From a virus, in IMG/VR virus record IMGVR_UViG_3300035703_000053, positions 1 to 64,000 of that record: 64,000 bases of DNA. One strand, 5' to 3'. Both the position numbers and the translations under genes were made by a program. Shown piece after piece: positions 48,061 to 56,742 of the stretch; position 1 is the stretch's first letter; the number at the start of each line of letters is the position of its first letter. The notes below the pieces were generated by a model. That model was given only the letters and a program-made list of their open reading frames with translations. It made no database searches and was not told the origin of the DNA.

Positions 48061-48103
48061 ATCTAACTGTATTTATATGTTTAAATTCTATCAGTATTGA
48101 TAT

Positions 48104-49063
48104 TTAATACATTGGAAGTTGTGTATCATTTTGGCTAGCTGCAATAGCTTGGTTTGCAAGCACACCAGCGATTGCACCAGCTGCTCCACCTAATAAACCA
48201 CCGACCGTGCCACGGACTCCTTGGCCTTTGGGATGGATTTTTGTAGGAATGTTTTCGGGAATATTAGACAGCAAGGCCATTTGTTGTGCTTGCGGGGGAC
48301 GCGGTGCAGAAGCAAGTGCTGTACGTGCGCCAATTACGCCTCCAACCGCTGTCGTGACCGTAGGTATGCTGACCGGATATCCAAAGAGCCTAGCTTCGGG
48401 TACCCCTTGTAAATTCTCTGGTGTTACTTTGGCAACTCCCAAAATACCCGCTTGGTTGTATAAGAAGTCCATATAGTTTGCATAACGTTTTTTTGTGAGT
48501 GTTGGGATTTCTTCTTGTGCTTTTTCGTAAGCCAACGGACGCCCCTGTCTGCCTTGGATAAAACGTTCGAATATTTCTGTGCCCGGTTCAATTGATTGGG
48601 TTGGATCTTCTGAGTCGGGACGATTTTGTTTAAAGCCTTTTGGTCTGCCTAGCTCAGAGATATTAGTTGGATCGTATGCACCAGACAGGGCAAATGCTGG
48701 TGTAAGTATTGATGCACCGATGGCTGCTGACGTATATCTAGGAAGAGTTTTATTTGGGTCAATAAATTTTTGCGTTGCTTTTTCGGCAATAGAAATGGGA
48801 TGGTTGTAACGCCAATACACACCTCGCGTTTCATCTGCAACAATGTCACCTAAAACTCGCGATGCATACGCACCTAAAAATGCCTTAGGTGTTTCTTTAA
48901 AATTAATACCTTGAGCCTGGAGAATTTTTTGAAATTCTTTGTCTTGAATAGTGTTGACGCCGTAGGAAGGATTGACTTCCGCAGCTTGATACATGGCCCT
49001 TTTTCCGGCCCGAAAGCCGGGTATAAAGCCTTTAGTAGCTTGGCCTGGGAGCTGTGATGTCAT
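48104..49063 (-). CDS. Hypothetical protein with glycine-zipper TM segments
   Basis: 319-aa ORF. Confidence 0.55.
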   Translation of the reverse strand: MTSQLPGQATKGFIPGFRAGKRAMYQAAEVNPSYGVNTIQDKEFQKILQAQGINFKETPKAFLGAYASRVLGDIVADETRGVYWRYNHPISIAEKATQKFIDPNKTLPRYTSAAIGASILTPAFALSGAYDPTNISELGRPKGFKQNRPDSEDPTQSIEPGTEIFERFIQGRQGRPLAYEKAQEEIPTLTKKRYANYMDFLYNQAGILGVAKVTPENLQGVPEARLFGYPVSIPTVTTAVGGVIGARTALASAPRPPQAQQMALLSNIPENIPTKIHPKGQGVRGTVGGLLGGAAGAIAGVLANQAIAASQNDTQLPMY

Positions 49064-49605
49064 TGCATTGACTGCAGGAGTTCCAGGGTTTCCGGTGGCA
49101 AAGTAATGCCTGGATAATGAAACTCTTGGAATTGAGTTCCAGGGGAAAGGGGTTGTGCGTTGATGAGATTATTTACGCGTTGCCGTTGAGCTACTTGTTG
49201 GTTGATTTGACGCTCTTGTGATTGTTGCGCTGGTTGCAACTGCTGTTGCTGCTGGTATAGCGCACCTTGAGTGACGTAATCAACCAAGGGCATTGACGCA
49301 AGTGAAGCAATTAAATTAACACCTGTTTCAACACTGGAAGGAGAATATGGAATTTCACGTTTGGTGACGACGCCATCTTTTCCTTTAATTGTGGCCATAC
49401 CCCCTGGCGTACCAGGAAACATCTTGCGAGTTGCACCAACCAAAGGATAGTTAAGCAAGAAGTCGCCTGCGGCATACGCAGCACCAGCAGCTGGGCCACC
49501 CGCCATGGTACCAACAGCAAAGTTCAGTGCTGCTCCAGGGAGCGCTGCTTTTGCTGCTTGTCTTGAAGTTTGGCTTGTTAGTAACCGCCCCAGCTCCTTA
49601 AGCAT
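49060..49605 (-). CDS. Hypothetical protein
   Basis: 181-aa ORF, ATGA-coupled. Confidence 0.55.
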   Translation of the reverse strand: MLKELGRLLTSQTSRQAAKAALPGAALNFAVGTMAGGPAAGAAYAAGDFLLNYPLVGATRKMFPGTPGGMATIKGKDGVVTKREIPYSPSSVETGVNLIASLASMPLVDYVTQGALYQQQQQLQPAQQSQERQINQQVAQRQRVNNLINAQPLSPGTQFQEFHYPGITLPPETLELLQSMQ

Positions 49606-49634
49606 ATATCCTCCTTTGTCTCTTTATTTTAGCT

Positions 49635-50300
49635 TTAGCTATTCAATGTTTTACCTGGGGAGGTATTTGTTTCTACACTTGTATCATCAGCAGTTGTCTC
49701 GCCAGCGCTCTCTTCTTTTTTAGCGGTATCTGATTGAACTTTAAATTGTCCTTTTCTGTCAAGCAACTGTGCAATAGACGGTTTATCTTGTACTTCATTC
49801 TCTGCACGTTTTTCCGCCATTGCCATTAAGTAGCCATTAGGATCAGGATTGCGCATCCGTGGCATAGGGTTTTTAGCTACTTTGCCAGGATTTAAAGTTG
49901 GACTAAGTTTATATGCTTCGATCCACTGGGGATTGAAATCTGGTTGGTCTTGTGGACGTTGCTGTGTGCGTGCACGACCTTCGTTAAAGTCATAATCTTC
50001 TGGGCGGTTGAATCGACCAAGACCGTCAAACAGCTCGTACTCAGGGGTTACTTTTTGATTGTCATCAAAAAAAGGAGAGTTACTTACAAAATTAAGAGTT
50101 GGGTTGAGTGTTGTTTTGCGAGTCATTGCTCGCTTGGTTAGGTCCTCAGAACTAAACCTTGACGGGTTCCAAGGGTAAGCACCAGAGCTTGGTTTAGATC
50201 TAAACAGTTCATCAAAATCTAACCGCTTAGGGATTTCTCCTTGACGATTAAATGGGTTTCGGATGTAACGTCCAAGATCTAAGCGTGGGTCTTGAGCCAT
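49635..50300 (-). CDS. Hypothetical protein
   Basis: 221-aa ORF. Confidence 0.55.
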   Translation of the reverse strand: MAQDPRLDLGRYIRNPFNRQGEIPKRLDFDELFRSKPSSGAYPWNPSRFSSEDLTKRAMTRKTTLNPTLNFVSNSPFFDDNQKVTPEYELFDGLGRFNRPEDYDFNEGRARTQQRPQDQPDFNPQWIEAYKLSPTLNPGKVAKNPMPRMRNPDPNGYLMAMAEKRAENEVQDKPSIAQLLDRKGQFKVQSDTAKKEESAGETTADDTSVETNTSPGKTLNS

Positions 50301-50518
50301 TAGTTTTTAGCTTTTTCTTTTTTGTTTTTATGTAAGCCTACAAGCGTTTGACGCAACCTGGCTTGTTTCACCGTTTTTTCATCATATTTATCTGGGTTAG
50401 ACAAGACGTTCTCTTGTAATTGCGCGGTGGTAATACCCTTCTTTTTTGCTTTAGCAGTAAAAGCACCTTCTTGAATATCGGCACCTTGAATCCATTTTTT
50501 ATCTTTTTTTTCAACCAT
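50300..50518 (-). CDS. Small basic protein (KKWIQ family)
   Basis: KKWIQGA...GAFTAKAKK...KQARL..TL. Confidence 0.65.
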   Translation of the reverse strand: MVEKKDKKWIQGADIQEGAFTAKAKKKGITTAQLQENVLSNPDKYDEKTVKQARLRQTLVGLHKNKKEKAKN

Positions 50519-50520
50519 GA

Positions 50521-53500
50521 TTAACGACGCAAAGCAGAACGCATTAATTGTTGAATCATCCCTTCAGATGGCGCTTGATAAGGCCGAAGGGCATTTTGTC
50601 CCACTCCCTTGAGTTTAACACCTTGAATTGATGCGGGTCCTTCCATGCGCTCTGCTGCAGCTGAGATATAGTTGCCGATATGACGTGCAACGGCATCAGC
50701 ACGTGCTTGTTCTGGTGAAATTCCCTGAGGGATGGTAGCGTTACGGCGAGCGTAACCAGCCATTTCAGTACTCATAGGGGTTTTACGTTCTGTGGGCATC
50801 GGTGCTGGCGCTTGAAGAGGAGGGCTAGAAGGGCCTTGCTGGGGAGGAGGAGTGGCCGAAGTGGGCCCAGGTTGCATGCCACGTTTGTATGCTGCTTGTG
50901 CCATCAAGCGATTACCCGCTTCTTGTAATTGAGACCCTGTTACACCATAACGTGAAATTGTTTGTGATTCAGATAAAGTTCCAACACCTGCTGGGATTGC
51001 ACCCATTCCTCCTCCAAGTTGTAATCCACCCCTGGACACACGGCCACCAGGTGTGAGGTTTGCAGTTAATGCAAATTGATTAAGTTGTTCCAATTGAGAG
51101 CCGGAACGGGGTTCTAAATTAACGCGTAACTGTTGATTTGGATATTGATAGTCACCTGTATTGACGCGAGAAGCGGGACCCATTGCTGCTGCAGCAGCTC
51201 CTGTGTACGGATTTTGAGTACGTGCAAAAGAACCGGGAGACTTAACAGGAAAACCAACCGGAGGCGTTTCAAGATAAGGACGCGACCCAACAGAGCCTGG
51301 CTCGTTTACAGCAGGCCTTCCCGCACCAGGCTGAAGACGTTGTGGCGCCATCTCATTACGTTCAGCAAAAAATGTAAGCGGGCCTTCATATGTTTCTGTA
51401 TCAACTTCTTGTGCGGAAACTCCACCCGCGCCGCTCACCTTTGTTTTACCTGGTAATGGAACCGCTTCCATGTTGATATATTCTGGGTCAACAATAGGCG
51501 TTTCACGGATTTGACCTGTTTTAAAAGTTTTGCGATTTACAAGGGGGCGACCTTGTTCGTTAACTTTTGCCGGTTTTACATAAATGTTTGTTTCTTTTAA
51601 CCCAGGTTGAATGTTGTTAATAAAGTCAAAAGCTGCAGAAGATAAATATCTTTTTTCATTTTGCTGAAGAACAGGAAGTGTTATTTGTTTAGACGTTTTT
51701 AAATAGTTATCTAAACTTTGAATCAAATATGTTTGGCGTTCCAAGGCGGAACCACCACCTTGTGCCGACCACATTTCTGCGGCATTGTTTAAGACTCCGT
51801 TTAGTTCATTCCTGTTTAAAGAAATGTCACGAAGATTGGGATCAGCGCCGACACGACCTCGTAACGGTTGTTCGCCAGCAACTTTAGTTTTTGCTTGATT
51901 TACATACCAATTACCTTTTTCGTCTTGAATGAGACGTTCTTGGGCTGTCATGTATTTAGTTACAGGTTGAGTTGTGATTTCAGAGGAGGGTTCGGAGGTT
52001 GCTGGTTGATAACGACCCAGCAGTTTACCTCCTGAGGTAGGGTCATAGCTTGGATCATCAACGGTGATTGAACCTTGATAGGAACCTAAAGAACGCACTC
52101 GTCCTGTTTTTGTATCAACAATACGAATTGGTTTACCTGCAATATTGGTACGTGTTTCTTTGTTGCGTGTACCAGTGCCAGTTAAATAAGCTCTTCCGGT
52201 TTGTGGATCAAAAGTCCAACCAGCTGCCGGATCGCCTTCTAAAGTTTCACGCGCCGGAAGTACACGGTCAATTTCTCGTTCTTGGCGCATGGATCCAGGT
52301 AACGCACCACTGGACTCTGATATTTGTCCAGGAACTGTTGTTGTGCCGCTTTTTGTTCTTTCTTGGAACCCTTTAGTTAAAACAAATCCGCCAGGACCTT
52401 CTACATCTCCGTAATCAGCTGCATTTGCTTCGTAGTCTGTACCACGGCCACGATTAAGGTTTAAATCTTCTAAGTCAGCAGTAGTATCAATTTCAAATTG
52501 ACCGGTAGTTGGGTTATAAGCATATACATCACTACCAAACTCACCAACAATTCCCTCGCCTGCATTGCGTTCGGTCATGCCGCCGCCTTCGGCCATTACC
52601 TCGTAATCTAAATTCCTACCTACACGTCCACCACGAACAGCAAGCGTTGTACCAAGTAGGTCTTTAACGTTTTTAGTAGGAACAGTAGGGTCAAGTAAAG
52701 CAGCAACATCGAGTTGAGTTAATGGCTCCATAGAACCAGGGCGGTAGTCGCTAGCTGAAGCTGAGATACGATGGAAAATTTCTTCTTGCGTTAAGCCATG
52801 ACTTGGACCCATTACTTGTAAAGCCCTTGCGTTTTTAGGTGCTTTACTCCTTTGAGTTGCGAGTGCCCAGGCAGCGGCCTTTTGTGCCGCAGCCTCAGCT
52901 GAAATAGCTTCGGCTTGTTGGCTAAAAGTTTTAAACCCGCTGATTTTTCTTTGTTCTGCGCCAGGGGATTGAGCAAAATTTTCAATTTGATCGGTTGGTA
53001 ACCCATCTGGTAATTGAGAGGCAACTTGATTAATTGCTGTACCAGGTTCGTAGCCACTCATTTGAGAGGGCTGAGCCTCTTGCATCATTAAATGTTGTTT
53101 TTCAGCGACGTCGTCTTCAAGTGTTTCAATTTGAGACATGTCATAATCTTCATTACGTTGAAGTTGTGTTTTAATTCGACCAGTAACTTGGTCTTCCCCG
53201 GATTCAACTGCATTTGCAAGTTGGTCACGTGTTTGGGCTAATAAGTTGTTTTGGATTTCCGTAAGATCAGCAAATGATCCAGGTTGGTTTGCACGTTTAG
53301 GTAGTTTTGTTGCTTGGCCTTGAGGAATTTCTGCTAAGGAGCCAGTAGATTCAACGTATGCGCGTGGGCTAAAGCCTTCGGCTGGTTGCCTGGATTGAAT
53401 GCGAGGAGCAGGAGGTGGGGTAGATGGCCTCACTACAGGCAGACCAGCTGATTTGGTAGGTGCGGGCGCTTGGGGAATAGGCTCTGCTGCTGCACGCCTC

Positions 53501-53808
53501 ACTGCAGCACCACTGAGGTCAACAGTGGCTGGTTTTACGGCAGAGGCTGCAGCTTGAGCAGGGGGAGTACCGCGTAAAAAACGAGTGGCGCCATACGCAC
53601 CAGCCCCTAAGCCAGCTAAAGCAGCTCCTACGCCCAGAGCTTGGGCCAAATTAAAACCTTGGTTTTCCTCTTGGGACGGAGATTTGAGTTGATTACGACG
53701 AAATGCCAGGACCTCAGGGGCCATTTGAGCCTGTTCTTCCGGATCACGGGGGATTGGTGCTCCAGTGGCGCGGCTATATGCGTAGAAATCGGCCTGAGAT
53801 AACGCCAT
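50521..53808 (-). CDS. Large low-complexity putative internal virion protein (1095 aa)
   Basis: Long ORF with N-terminal hydrophobic helix. Confidence 0.7.
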   Translation of the reverse strand: MALSQADFYAYSRATGAPIPRDPEEQAQMAPEVLAFRRNQLKSPSQEENQGFNLAQALGVGAALAGLGAGAYGATRFLRGTPPAQAAASAVKPATVDLSGAAVRRAAAEPIPQAPAPTKSAGLPVVRPSTPPPAPRIQSRQPAEGFSPRAYVESTGSLAEIPQGQATKLPKRANQPGSFADLTEIQNNLLAQTRDQLANAVESGEDQVTGRIKTQLQRNEDYDMSQIETLEDDVAEKQHLMMQEAQPSQMSGYEPGTAINQVASQLPDGLPTDQIENFAQSPGAEQRKISGFKTFSQQAEAISAEAAAQKAAAWALATQRSKAPKNARALQVMGPSHGLTQEEIFHRISASASDYRPGSMEPLTQLDVAALLDPTVPTKNVKDLLGTTLAVRGGRVGRNLDYEVMAEGGGMTERNAGEGIVGEFGSDVYAYNPTTGQFEIDTTADLEDLNLNRGRGTDYEANAADYGDVEGPGGFVLTKGFQERTKSGTTTVPGQISESSGALPGSMRQEREIDRVLPARETLEGDPAAGWTFDPQTGRAYLTGTGTRNKETRTNIAGKPIRIVDTKTGRVRSLGSYQGSITVDDPSYDPTSGGKLLGRYQPATSEPSSEITTQPVTKYMTAQERLIQDEKGNWYVNQAKTKVAGEQPLRGRVGADPNLRDISLNRNELNGVLNNAAEMWSAQGGGSALERQTYLIQSLDNYLKTSKQITLPVLQQNEKRYLSSAAFDFINNIQPGLKETNIYVKPAKVNEQGRPLVNRKTFKTGQIRETPIVDPEYINMEAVPLPGKTKVSGAGGVSAQEVDTETYEGPLTFFAERNEMAPQRLQPGAGRPAVNEPGSVGSRPYLETPPVGFPVKSPGSFARTQNPYTGAAAAAMGPASRVNTGDYQYPNQQLRVNLEPRSGSQLEQLNQFALTANLTPGGRVSRGGLQLGGGMGAIPAGVGTLSESQTISRYGVTGSQLQEAGNRLMAQAAYKRGMQPGPTSATPPPQQGPSSPPLQAPAPMPTERKTPMSTEMAGYARRNATIPQGISPEQARADAVARHIGNYISAAAERMEGPASIQGVKLKGVGQNALRPYQAPSEGMIQQLMRSALRR

Positions 53809-53910
53809 TTGGTTTTATTACGTATATTTTGATCTGTTGTCATTCTATTGTTGACAAATCTGGGGAATAGAGGAGTTATATTAAAAGAAATAGCTTTGAT
53901 TACGCACCAG

Positions 53911-54126
53911 ATGGACGCTGGTACCAGGCAAAAACGAATTGAAGCCCTAGAAGCGATTAAAAACAACGCTCTTAAGTTGGCACGTGAGGGGCGTGACTCG
54001 TTGGAAGTGCGTGATTTTGTAACAGAAGCTAAAAAAGAATTGGCATATGAGCTTCCCGATGAAGAAGCTTTTGTAAAAGCAAAGAATGCAACATTGGCCT
54101 ATAAGAGGGCAAAAGAGGAAAAATAA
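53911..54126 (+). CDS. Hypothetical helical protein
   Basis: MDAGTRQKRIEALEAIK...; divergent from the late block. Confidence 0.55.
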   Translation: MDAGTRQKRIEALEAIKNNALKLAREGRDSLEVRDFVTEAKKELAYELPDEEAFVKAKNATLAYKRAKEEK

Positions 54127-54244
54127 AATTTTTAAAATTTGTAAAAAATAAAAATAAAACAAGGGCAAGTTAGGGTTTAAAGTTAGGGAATATTGGATAT
54201 TTTACCGACATAAATTAGTTTTTAGTTAATTTTTAATGTTGTGC

Positions 54245-54265
54245 GGCCCAAGTATGGGCTTTTTT
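54245..54265 (+). terminator. Intrinsic terminator
   Basis: GCCCA-AGTA-TGGGC followed by TTTTTT. Confidence 0.65.
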
Positions 54266-54398
54266 ATTACCTATTTGTAGTTAGGGCGGCCCCTATAGGG
54301 CCCAAATAGGATTAAAAATTACCTGACGCTTCTCCAACCAGCTAACCGAAGTGGAATGTGGGAAGAAAAAAAAGAATAGGTGAGTGGTTGAATATTGT

Positions 54399-54428
54399 AC
54401 GGGGGCTGCGCATCCGTTAATAACGCAG
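54399..54428 (+). ncRNA. Family P pseudoknot, copy 1
   Basis: ACGGG-GG-CUGCG-CA-UCCGU-UAAUAA-CGCAG; 22 nt before ATG 54451. Confidence 0.55.
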
Positions 54429-54450
54429 AGTTCTACCACAGGTTAGTTCA

Positions 54451-54687
54451 ATGACTGAGCGTGTGAAGCGTTTTGAGAGGGCAGCGAGCATGTTGGTTGC
54501 TGGCTGTAAGGTTAGCGTGTTGGTAAGTGAGTTACCGCAGGGTAACGTGCAAGCATGGCTAGCTGAATTGAAAGGTTACGTAATGTTTGGTCACACTGAT
54601 CCAGGGGATGAGTGGATTTATAAAGTTTACGTTACTGTGAAGAACGGTCGAGCAGTAGCGCAGGCGAAAGTAGTGTACGTTAATTGA
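54451..54687 (+). CDS. Early hypothetical protein
   Basis: 78-aa ORF, first of the plus-strand array. Confidence 0.55.
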   Translation: MTERVKRFERAASMLVAGCKVSVLVSELPQGNVQAWLAELKGYVMFGHTDPGDEWIYKVYVTVKNGRAVAQAKVVYVN

Positions 54688-54820
54688 GGATAAGTTGGTT
54701 TAATCCGACATTATCTGATAAGTAATTGTACTTACTTGTCAATTGTCAGCGTTTCCTGACACGACTTTTCGGCTACCCGGCGCGAGGCTTGCGGGAAAGA
54801 CCGTGTGACAGCTGGTAGTA

Positions 54821-54848
54821 ACGGGGGCTGCGCATCCGTACAACGCAG
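54821..54848 (+). ncRNA. Family P pseudoknot, copy 2
   Basis: ACGGG-GG-CUGCG-CA-UCCGU-ACAA-CGCAG; 23 nt before ATG 54872. Confidence 0.55.
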
Positions 54849-54871
54849 AACATTCCATCGCATTCAACGCA

Positions 54872-55048
54872 ATGATTTATTCGGTATGCATTAAGAGTTC
54901 GTTGTCGTATCAAGATTTCTTGTTTGCCAAAACATTGTATAGCTCAGTAGAGAAAGAGTTTTCTACTGAGCAACAAGCTCAACAATATATCCAATCTTTT
55001 GAAGATTGGGAGCGTAACTATTTACATATAGAAGTGTTTCCGTTCTAA
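54872..55048 (+). CDS. Early hypothetical protein (58 aa)
   Basis: MIYSVCIKSSLSYQDFLFAK...LHIEVFPF*, translated by eye. Confidence 0.5.
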   Translation: MIYSVCIKSSLSYQDFLFAKTLYSSVEKEFSTEQQAQQYIQSFEDWERNYLHIEVFPF

Positions 55049-55056
55049 GTTTTAAC

Positions 55057-55122
55057 GCCTGATGGTGCAGGAAGGGTTCGACTCCCTTCCCAGGCATTGC
55101 CCCCAGCGGAGATGGGCACCGC
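55057..55122 (+). ncRNA. tRNA-like element + pseudoknot, copy A
   Basis: GCCUG/CAGGC (5 bp) + GGAAGGG/CCCUUCC (7 bp), T-loop UUCGACU, discriminator A; then GCCC/GGGC with GCGG/CCGC pseudoknot. Confidence 0.7.
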
Positions 55123-55138
55123 ACAACAGGAGTTTCCT

Positions 55139-55234
55139 GTGGACTACACACCAGTCGGTCAGGTTATTGCACCTTACGTTTCACTGGTTGCAATATTCAT
55201 TGCTGCCTTTGTAATAGGTTACGTAACCGACTGA
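55139..55234 (+). CDS. Small TM peptide (31 aa)
   Basis: AGGAG RBS, GTG start; DYTPVGQVIAPYVSLVAIFIAAFVIGYVTD*; stop lies inside element B. Confidence 0.5.
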   Translation: MDYTPVGQVIAPYVSLVAIFIAAFVIGYVTD

Positions 55235-55302
55235 TCCGTATAAGCGGGTGACCAGGTGCAAACCCTGGTCCAGTTATTGCCCCCAGCGGAGATGGGCACC
55301 GC
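55229..55302 (+). ncRNA. tRNA-like element + pseudoknot, copy B
   Basis: GACUG/CAGUU + GACCAGG/CCUGGUC, loop UGCAAAC, side hairpin CCG-UAUAAG-CGG; same pseudoknot as copy A. Confidence 0.7.
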
Positions 55303-55319
55303 ACAATCCACTGCAAAGC

Positions 55320-55535
55320 ATGTACATCATCTTTGTTAATGGCGAACAGCATAGCTGCTATGGCTCTAACGAATACGTTGAGGCCATAGAAGAAGCTGCT
55401 CAGCTGGACCACATGTACAACTCACCTGAGTTGAACGGTGGCGTCCAGGGCGCCACAGCGGTCGAGATTCTGACTGTATCAGGCAGGATACTGTCTGATG
55501 CAGAGCTTGATGCTCGTGCAGCTATGGCTGACTAA
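55320..55535 (+). CDS. Early hypothetical protein
   Basis: MYIIFVNGEQHSCYG...; start just after element B. Confidence 0.6.
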   Translation: MYIIFVNGEQHSCYGSNEYVEAIEEAAQLDHMYNSPELNGGVQGATAVEILTVSGRILSDAELDARAAMAD

Positions 55536-55609
55536 CTGATCCGTACACACGGACTGGGAGGTGTGAGCCCTCCCTCAGTTATTGCCCGACCGTAGGGATG
55601 GGCTCCTAC
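55534..55609 (+). ncRNA. tRNA-like element + pseudoknot, copy C
   Basis: AACUG/CAGUU + (U)GGGAGG/CCUCCC(U), loop UGUGAGC; GCCC/GGGC with GUAGG/CCUAC pseudoknot (compensatory to A/B). Confidence 0.7.
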
Positions 55610-55613
55610 ACAC

Positions 55614-55910
55614 ATGGAGTTATCCATGGATTTGACTACAGGTTGGCAGCAACATCCCAACGTGCCTGGTGGTTACCACCTGGTTTACGTTGATGATCTG
55701 GTCGGTGACTTATCCATTGTTACTGGACCGAGAGGTTCAGGGCTAATGGCATCTAACGACCCAGGTCAGGAACCTACTTATGAAGTGTGGTTTCCAGGGA
55801 TGGCTGATCCAACCGGTCACCTAACACTTGATGAGATCAAAGGGATCATCAAGTACATGCGTCAACGTGAGCAGGAGCGTATGAACTACTGCTACAACGA
55901 AGACAACTGA
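55614..55910 (+). CDS. Early hypothetical protein (start 55614 or 55626)
   Basis: 98-aa ORF; stop TGA inside element D. Confidence 0.6.
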   Translation: MELSMDLTTGWQQHPNVPGGYHLVYVDDLVGDLSIVTGPRGSGLMASNDPGQEPTYEVWFPGMADPTGHLTLDEIKGIIKYMRQREQERMNYCYNEDN

Positions 55911-55973
55911 TCCGTATAAGCGGGAGGCAGGGTGCAAACCCCTGCCCAGTTATTGCCAACCACTGAGGTTGGC
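55905..55973 (+). ncRNA. tRNA-like element + hairpin, copy D
   Basis: AACUG/CAGUU + GGCAGGG/CCCUGCC, loop UGCAAAC; then GCCAACC/GGUUGGC hairpin. Confidence 0.7.
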
Positions 55974-55984
55974 TTGCAAACACA

Positions 55985-56158
55985 ATGGGCATTCGCAAAA
56001 CTTTGGCCAATGCACTTAACTCGACAGCAGCAATGCTGGAGAGTGACACATCTAAAGAGTACATCAGCGCCAAGCTGAGTGAGTACCGTATCCGTGCGGC
56101 AGCAATCATGATGCCAAAGGATATGGCATTCATCATTACTCCTAAGACAGACATTTGA
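55985..56158 (+). CDS. Early hypothetical protein (57 aa)
   Basis: MGIRKTLANALNSTAAMLES...PKTDI*, translated by eye. Confidence 0.55.
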   Translation: MGIRKTLANALNSTAAMLESDTSKEYISAKLSEYRIRAAAIMMPKDMAFIITPKTDI

Positions 56159-56189
56159 TCTCAACAGTCAACTTAATTCAATTCAGCTT

Positions 56190-56417
56190 ATGTTTATCTA
56201 TCAACCAAAGGATGCACTTGATCGTGTCGTATGGTATGGAGGTGAATCTACTCAGCTCCACTATGAGCAGGAAGTAGATGGATGGGACGGCAATCCTGAT
56301 TGGATTGAACGTTCAGTTCGTACTCTTGGTGGTGGTATACCAGCGGGAGTATCTGAACTACAAGCCGAGCTTGTGGATTATTACAACTACTGTCAGTGCG
56401 CAGTTAACTACGATTGA
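56190..56417 (+). CDS. Early hypothetical protein
   Basis: 75-aa acidic ORF. Confidence 0.6.
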   Translation: MFIYQPKDALDRVVWYGGESTQLHYEQEVDGWDGNPDWIERSVRTLGGGIPAGVSELQAELVDYYNYCQCAVNYD

Positions 56418-56418
56418 C

Positions 56419-56476
56419 TCCTGTAATTAACCCTTTGCTTTGGCAGAGGGTTTCCTACAGGATTCAACAATCCTGT
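56419..56476 (+). ncRNA. Family R long hairpin with alternative fold, copy 1
   Basis: UCCUGUA/UACAGGA, 3x3 loop AUU/UCC, AACCCUUUGC/GCAGAGGGUU; downstream UCCUGU. Confidence 0.65.
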
Positions 56477-56501
56477 CACTCAACTCAACTAGGACTCAAC
56501 A

Positions 56502-56741
56502 ATGACTCCTGCATACGTTGAACGGCTACTTACACAAGATGCTCGACTGCTTGCCAGGAGAGATTCCCCTGCCATTGACCAAGATCTTGAGCAGCAGCGT
56601 CAAGCTGCACTCGAAATCTTTTTCAAATGGCAGGATGATGCCTGTCAATTTGAAGACGTTATACCGTTCTGTGTTGTGCTCCAGCGCAAAGTAAATCTCA
56701 ATCGAGATTTGCTACGTTGGGAACGCCAGAACGCAGACTGA
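56502..56741 (+). CDS. Early hypothetical protein
   Basis: 79-aa ORF. Confidence 0.6.
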   Translation: MTPAYVERLLTQDARLLARRDSPAIDQDLEQQRQAALEIFFKWQDDACQFEDVIPFCVVLQRKVNLNRDLLRWERQNAD

Positions 56742-56742
56742 C

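Noticed and set aside
53851-53882. Sigma70 promoter TTGACA...TATATT
   Set aside because: The 20-nt spacer is too long.
54168-54286. Eukaryotic telomere repeat (TTAGGG)
   Set aside because: Three dispersed copies, not tandem, in a clearly phage context.
55057-55096. A true tRNA gene at copy A (GGTTCGACTCCC)
   Set aside because: Only 40 nt long, with no anticodon arm and a 5-bp acceptor stem.
55057-55973. Twister-sister or HDV-like (theta) ribozymes for the tRNA-like repeats
   Set aside because: The UGCAA loop recalls twister-sister P4, but the GCAA/GCUCA cleavage loop is missing. The downstream pseudoknot lacks the nested P1.1/P3 and catalytic-C layout of HDV-like ribozymes.
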